NCBI RefSeq assembly: GCF_009914755.1
Contig: NC_060931.1
DNA from: the human T2T-CHM13v2.0 reference genome, Homo sapiens
Reading direction: 5' to 3' (one strand)
DNA length: 64,000 nucleotides
Part shown: one piece after another, positions 57,240 to 64,000 of the stretch
Numbering within the stretch: position 1 is the stretch's first letter
Layout of the letters: every line of letters begins with the position of its first letter
The notes under the pieces: model-generated
Told to the model about the DNA's origin: nothing
Seen by the model: only the letters and a program-made list of their open reading frames with translations
Databases searched by the model: none
Translations under genes and position numbers: made by a program

Positions 57240-57568
<329 letters not shown>

Positions 57569-60500
57569 GCCTGGAAAGTCAGCTTCCTGAATGCCAGTTG
57601 GTGGGCTGTGGCCAGAACCTACCAGACTTGATGCCCTGCTCTGTCCTCTGAGTGAATAGTTCATTGAATGGACCTTCTTTAAGTAGGCCTTCCTGCTGGA
57701 AAAGACTGACAGAACCCTACTCCTACAAGTGAGGCTGCTGTCTGGGAGAGGTGAAGAGGTTTGGCATGGAGGAAATGAGCAGCTGGGACCCCCCACAACC
57801 CGCCCTGTGATAGACACAGGGGTCTGCCGCATTGCGGACTGGCAGAGCTGCTCCCTTCACTGTGGTCCACTTTCTAAGGCTGAAAGATGGTTCCATTAAC
57901 ATAGATACTGAGAGCATCCGTGAGTACAGGAGACATGAGACATGGGCCTAAATTGCTCCTTCTGATCTCAAATCAGTAGTGTTATTTACTTTACCCTTTC
58001 TTCCTTGATTAATAAAGGAAGGTCCTTGAAGAGGTTTGCTGTTGACTCCAAAGAGTCAGGGTCATGGGGTCTTTGTTCAGGTGCCCAGTGGTTGAGGAAT
58101 ATGTTCTTTGGCTAAGCTTACATGCTTTGATGAGTTACCCAAAGAGGAACGATATGATAATCTTAAAATGCTAACATGGCAGCTCTTTCTGATTCTGGCA
58201 AACATTATAGGTTTTGAGCCAACATGGGTGGGCTGCTACTTTGTAAGACAACATTCTGTGTAATGGCTTGGAGTCTGGTTGAATTTTGGGAGTGTCTGGA
58301 GGGTTATAGGCTGATCAAGAGGGCATGAACTCCTCTGGGCTATTGTAGTGCAGGGTTTAAGTCTGGCCTGCGAAGTCAAACTGCCCAGCTTCTAGTCCTT
58401 GATCGTGCTCCCTGACCAAGCAGGTCACCTGAAATGCTCTAAGCCTTGGTTTTCTTATTAGCAAAATGTGAGTGAGTAGAGTACCTACCTCATAGTTGTT
58501 GTGAGGTTTCAATGGGCTCAATAACTTAGTGTGCCAGGCACATTGTTAATAAGAAGTAAATGCTCTTGTTATCATTTGGCCTGCCAAAAAAGACCTAACC
58601 TTCTGGAGGTGCTCTGAAGGCCTCGGACTGGACTGAATCTCTTGGAATTACTCCCGATAAATAAGCTTTATCTAGATTTGGAGTATCAGAGCTGGGGACA
58701 TCTGGGGATGCCAAATGCAGCTGACTGATACAATTGCCAGACCCCACGACTCAGGGCTTCATCAGTACATCAATATATACAATATGCCGGGATACACCAA
58801 CATCCCCTTAAACCTTTTGAATCAGATCAGCAGGGCACAACATAGGAGAAAGAACATTATCGTTTGGAGTCAGAGGACAGGTTCAAGTACACTGTCTGTT
58901 GCTTCCTAGCTGTGTGACCTTGGGCAAGCCACAGCCTCAGTTTTCCTAAATGTTAAATGTTAACTACTTCCCTTGCCTTCTTCACAAAGCTGCCTGTGTG
59001 AAATAATTAGATAACAGCATTATTTAATATGCATATAGAGTGGGATATTACTTTTCTTACCTATAACACCTGACAAGAATAGGCTTAACTCATAAAAATA
59101 GTGTTTTTTTTGAGCCATCTTTTGGTAACTAAAATTGATACAAAGGGCCTTGGATCATGTCCTAGGTGAGCTGAATGGTCCCATTGTTTCTGCGTGTGGC
59201 AGGTGGAGTAGGGGGTGGGAAAATACCTGCGTGGCCAGTTTGTATAATACTCTGGAGCTTCCTATCAGCCTTAAAGGTCAAGAGAAAGTTTTGTTGGGAA
59301 CGTAGTTTTAGATTAATTTTTAGAAGTGCAGCTGCTCCCTTGACCTCTGGGGCTGGAAAGGACTGGCCAAAATCTCCATTTATATCCACTTGAAATAATT
59401 GACAAAGCTGGATTTGGGATTCAGAGAGTCCCAGAGGAAGGCCTGTCAGTGCCTTCTTCTTTTTTAGCCTTTAAGCTTGAATGAGTCGAGCGAGTCAAAG
59501 AAATTTTAACGGATGTACAGACAATGTCTTCACAGTCAACTTTTCACATCTTTGTTTGCTTAGGAAAGAGTGAAGATTAAGCAGCTTGCACTTTATTTTT
59601 GGCAATGCCTTTCCCTAGAACACAGGAATCCACAATTTACTGAGGGGAAATAATTATAAACCTTAAGAGGTGTAAGTTTCAGCCTCAAAAACTAACAAAC
59701 TGAGAACTAATGTATTTTTGGTATAATTACTAGTTTTACTAAGTTTGATTTTTGCCAGACTTTCACCTAAAGCAAATGCAAAAAAGAATAGTGACAATTA
59801 ATGGATTGGGCCAGTTACTAGAGTAGAAATCTTTCAGGTTCAAGCTAATTCTCTTTACTCCTTTATTTTCCCCAGGTAGCATGATTAAAGGTAAATGAAA
59901 AACCAATGGGGATAATTTGTGTTATAGCTTGCACTTCTATTATGAGGAGGACATCATTATTCTATTATTTTATGAGAAATGTTCATTAAAATAATGTGAC
60001 TCCCCCAACTCCAAAATTCACGGTACCATTAATGTTTCCTTTTCAGAACCGAGAGTTCCTATAGCATTCTCTCACTTTTTAAGTTTGTCATCCATTATTT
60101 CTAAGTAGACATATGTCTGCTTTAACTAATAGAGGCATGTGTGTATGTCTGTATAGGACTAGAGAAGAGATCTTTCTTTTCCTCTCTCCAACATAGCTAT
60201 GAGGAAGACAGGTCAGTTGCAATTACTGCCATTCCAGAGACAGAATGATAGAGGTGTAAGGGCCACCCACGATGGCATTAACACATCTGCAGACTCTAGA
60301 TTCTCCTTTTGCTGAACACTAGCAAATCACTTTGAATCAATGCGGAGTTTTAGTGTAGCTTTTTGTTCTTTTTCTTTTTCACAGCAGTATGGAAGACTGG
60401 TTAGTACGACAGTACACTGTGAAATCCTTAATTCATTTTTTCAGTTGACACATATTTTTGGGGACTTGGTAGATGGTCAGGATACAATGATCAACAAGAT

Positions 60501-60734
60501 AGACAAAGTCAGTGCCTTGTGAGGCTAATGTACCGTGTGTGTGTGTGTCTGTGTGCGTATGCACACGCAGTTGGCTCGCACTGAGAGATGGAATGAGTGG
60601 CAAAGTTAAGCTGGCCTTTCATAGAATCTCAGTGTTACCTTTTGCTAAGAATGGGAATAAAGGCCAAATGTGAATAGAAACTTAGGACTCAAGAGACTTT
60701 ATTTGATAAGTCTGTCTCAGAAATCTAAGGATGT

Positions 60735-61169
<435 letters not shown>

Positions 61170-61837
61170 TCATTCATCCATTCACTCATTTCGTCAAACA
61201 CTGGGTGACCTATCCATATCCTTAAGTTAGAGCAATGTGCTAGCCATTGGGAATATGAAAATGAATTTAGAAACACTTCTCTTCATGACCTTGAGCAGCT
61301 CACATTCTAGGGAAAGGAAAAGAATACCTGAAGAAATAAATATGATACAATGTGTTAAGCACTTTAATAGAATTACATACTGAGCGATATAAAGATATAG
61401 AAAAGTCCCTCAGAAATACATCTTTGAGAAAAAGAAGCTGAATAATGATGGCGTTTTCATGAGCCTTTTCAGTTCCAGTCAACAATTTTATGGTTATGTT
61501 TATATGTGAGACAAGCCCTCTTTGCCTTCATCTGAGATCTGAAGATTCACTTAATCAGAGCCTGACTCCAATTTCCTTTACAATTATGTACAGTTCTCTT
61601 AGTAAAGAGCATGCATGCAGGGTGCTTTATAGCCTTATCCCACAGAACCCATACTCTGGATGGGAGATGTTACATTTCATCTCCATTCTCTGTCCCTTAA
61701 CTTTTCCCTGCCAGCAGCCATCCTATACTAAGTACTAATATATAAACCTTGTGATACTTGCTCTATTGGACATTCAGTGGCCTTGCATCCTTCCCGTCAA
61801 TGCCAAGCTTAAGAACTAGATGGTTTCCGGTGTCTCA

Positions 61838-62275
<438 letters not shown>

Positions 62276-64000
62276 GGAATGTGTCCAGTATCACGCCCAG
62301 TGAAAATCTGGGTCATCATCATAAGTGAGACTGCTGACCACACATTTTGAATTACCTTCAACATGGCTTCTGCAAGCTAAAGATTTGACCATGGAATAGA
62401 ATTCACTAACAGATCCATTTGAGAATAAATATCTGCATAGAGCTCTGACAAGGTGAGATATGGCCAAGTCATGGGGCTGCATGTGTGACCTTTGAGGACA
62501 CTCCTTTTAATCAACGTCCTCTACCAAGCAACTCATGATAGCTCTAAAAAAAAACCCAGCGTTAGTTATGGACCAATTGAATGATGGCTCTAGCTACCCT
62601 TATTTGCAGAGCAGGGAAGAACTAAATCAAAAGCTGTAATTAAAAAAGATAATGACTTTTAAATTAGTTTTTATTAATAGAATTAAGCCATATTAAGTCT
62701 TGAGATGGTATCATAAGTATGCGAATAAAATGTTCTTCCCTAATGAAAACATATATGGACTGAATAATTTAAAAGTCATATATTACATGTTGGTTTATAA
62801 CATTAAATATTAAATATATTAATTGGCAATATAAAGTAGCTTATGGACATTTTGTATCACTAGCTAAATAACTAGGTAATTCCTTATTGATCTCTATATA
62901 ATAGAGTCCAAACCCACATCAACAGGATGTAAAAGTTTTGATACTGACTAGACAGAATGAGCACTTCTTAGAGAACCACAGGATGACGATAGTGGTTCTG
63001 TGCTCTCTGTGCATCATCTTAATAGGAAAGAAACAGAGACTGGGGGAGGATGATTTAGATTATTCACAAATAAATTCTCCCTTGAAGGCAAATAAAATGG
63101 GGAGTGGGTGTCAGTGGAATCTTCTTTCCTAGATATGTATCTGGTCAGCTGTCTGGGGAAGTCTGGCATGGAACTGCCTGGGGAGGAGAAAATGAACAGA
63201 ATCATCTCCTGGTGAGCCTGTAATTGCACCAGCCTAGATTCCACATGGTAGCCTGTTGCCTTTTAGAAGGCCGCCGAGCCTTCTTGGATTTTCTAATGAT
63301 GACCTTGTCCTTTGTCCTAAACCTGCTGTCTTCTTACACCCCCACATCTCTCCTCTGCCAGCAGTAACTCAGGAGCCAAGCCTCAGGGTTTGTCCTCCTC
63401 TGTTTTCCCTTAATCTGGTAACTGCAGCTCCTGTGTCTCTGCCTGATTTTCCACTCCCACCCTGGTGGAGGCCTTTGTCTCTGCTCACCTGCAACACTGC
63501 CATGGCTGCAATATTGTCCTTGTGGCCCCCAGCTCCAGGAACTCCTTTGTTGCCCCACTGCTCTGACTGCCCGCTCTGTCTTGCCTCTGTGGATGGCCTG
63601 GGCCTGCACTGTGGGCCTTGTCTGCCTCCCACCGTCTCTTGGGAAGACACCTTACATTCCAGTCACACTCCTTTCCATGCCTCAGCCCCAAGCCCTTGCT
63701 TGCGTTGATTTTGCCTATGACTGGATTGCCCCACTGCCTCTCTGCCTCCTAAAACCCAGCTCAGCTCAGATGCCGCCATATTCTTGCAGTCCTCCTTGAT
63801 AAGCTCACAGAGAAAATGCACTTTTCCCTCTTCTGAGCACGTGTTGGCTGAAGTTTACTTGCTGATAGGATTGTGTTGGCTTTGCCTATCAGATAACAGC
63901 TGTGGCTTATTAATCTTTCCATTCCTAACAGTGCCAAAGTAAGTGCCTTGTACCAAAAGCTTTGTGGATTTGAGGAATGAATCAATTTAAGAGAAAGTCT

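Overview
Primate (very probably human) genomic DNA, rich in Alu, L1, L2, MIR, MaLR and DNA-transposon fossils. The only protein-coding sequence I can support is the terminal coding exon of MAGI2 on the minus strand. Its acceptor is at 35815/35816 and its CDS is 35814-35153, ending ...PGPWKVPGSDKLPSVLKPGASAASR*. The exon lies in a CpG island and is followed by a ~2.2-kb 3' UTR with two AATAAA signals. From recall (not verified here), this is human 7q21.11. Positions 35815-64000 are the last intron of MAGI2 and 1-32890 is downstream intergenic DNA. Most ORFs in the supplied track are repeat-derived or antisense shadows. I found no convincing novel multi-gene system. The most unusual items are: (1) an ERV1 transcript apparently retroposed by L1 machinery (15-bp TSD, poly(A) at the R end, no U5); (2) a rearranged L1PB-like composite; (3) a templated ~60-bp insertion copied from 3 kb away; (4) a tailless Alu with a perfect TSD; (5) a duplicated octamer-containing intronic module; (6) a CpG-rich intronic CTCF/AP-1 element; and (7) an alternative-polyadenylation layout that would remove the miR-101/134/655 sites. 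Repeat family names are by eye and their boundaries are approximate.
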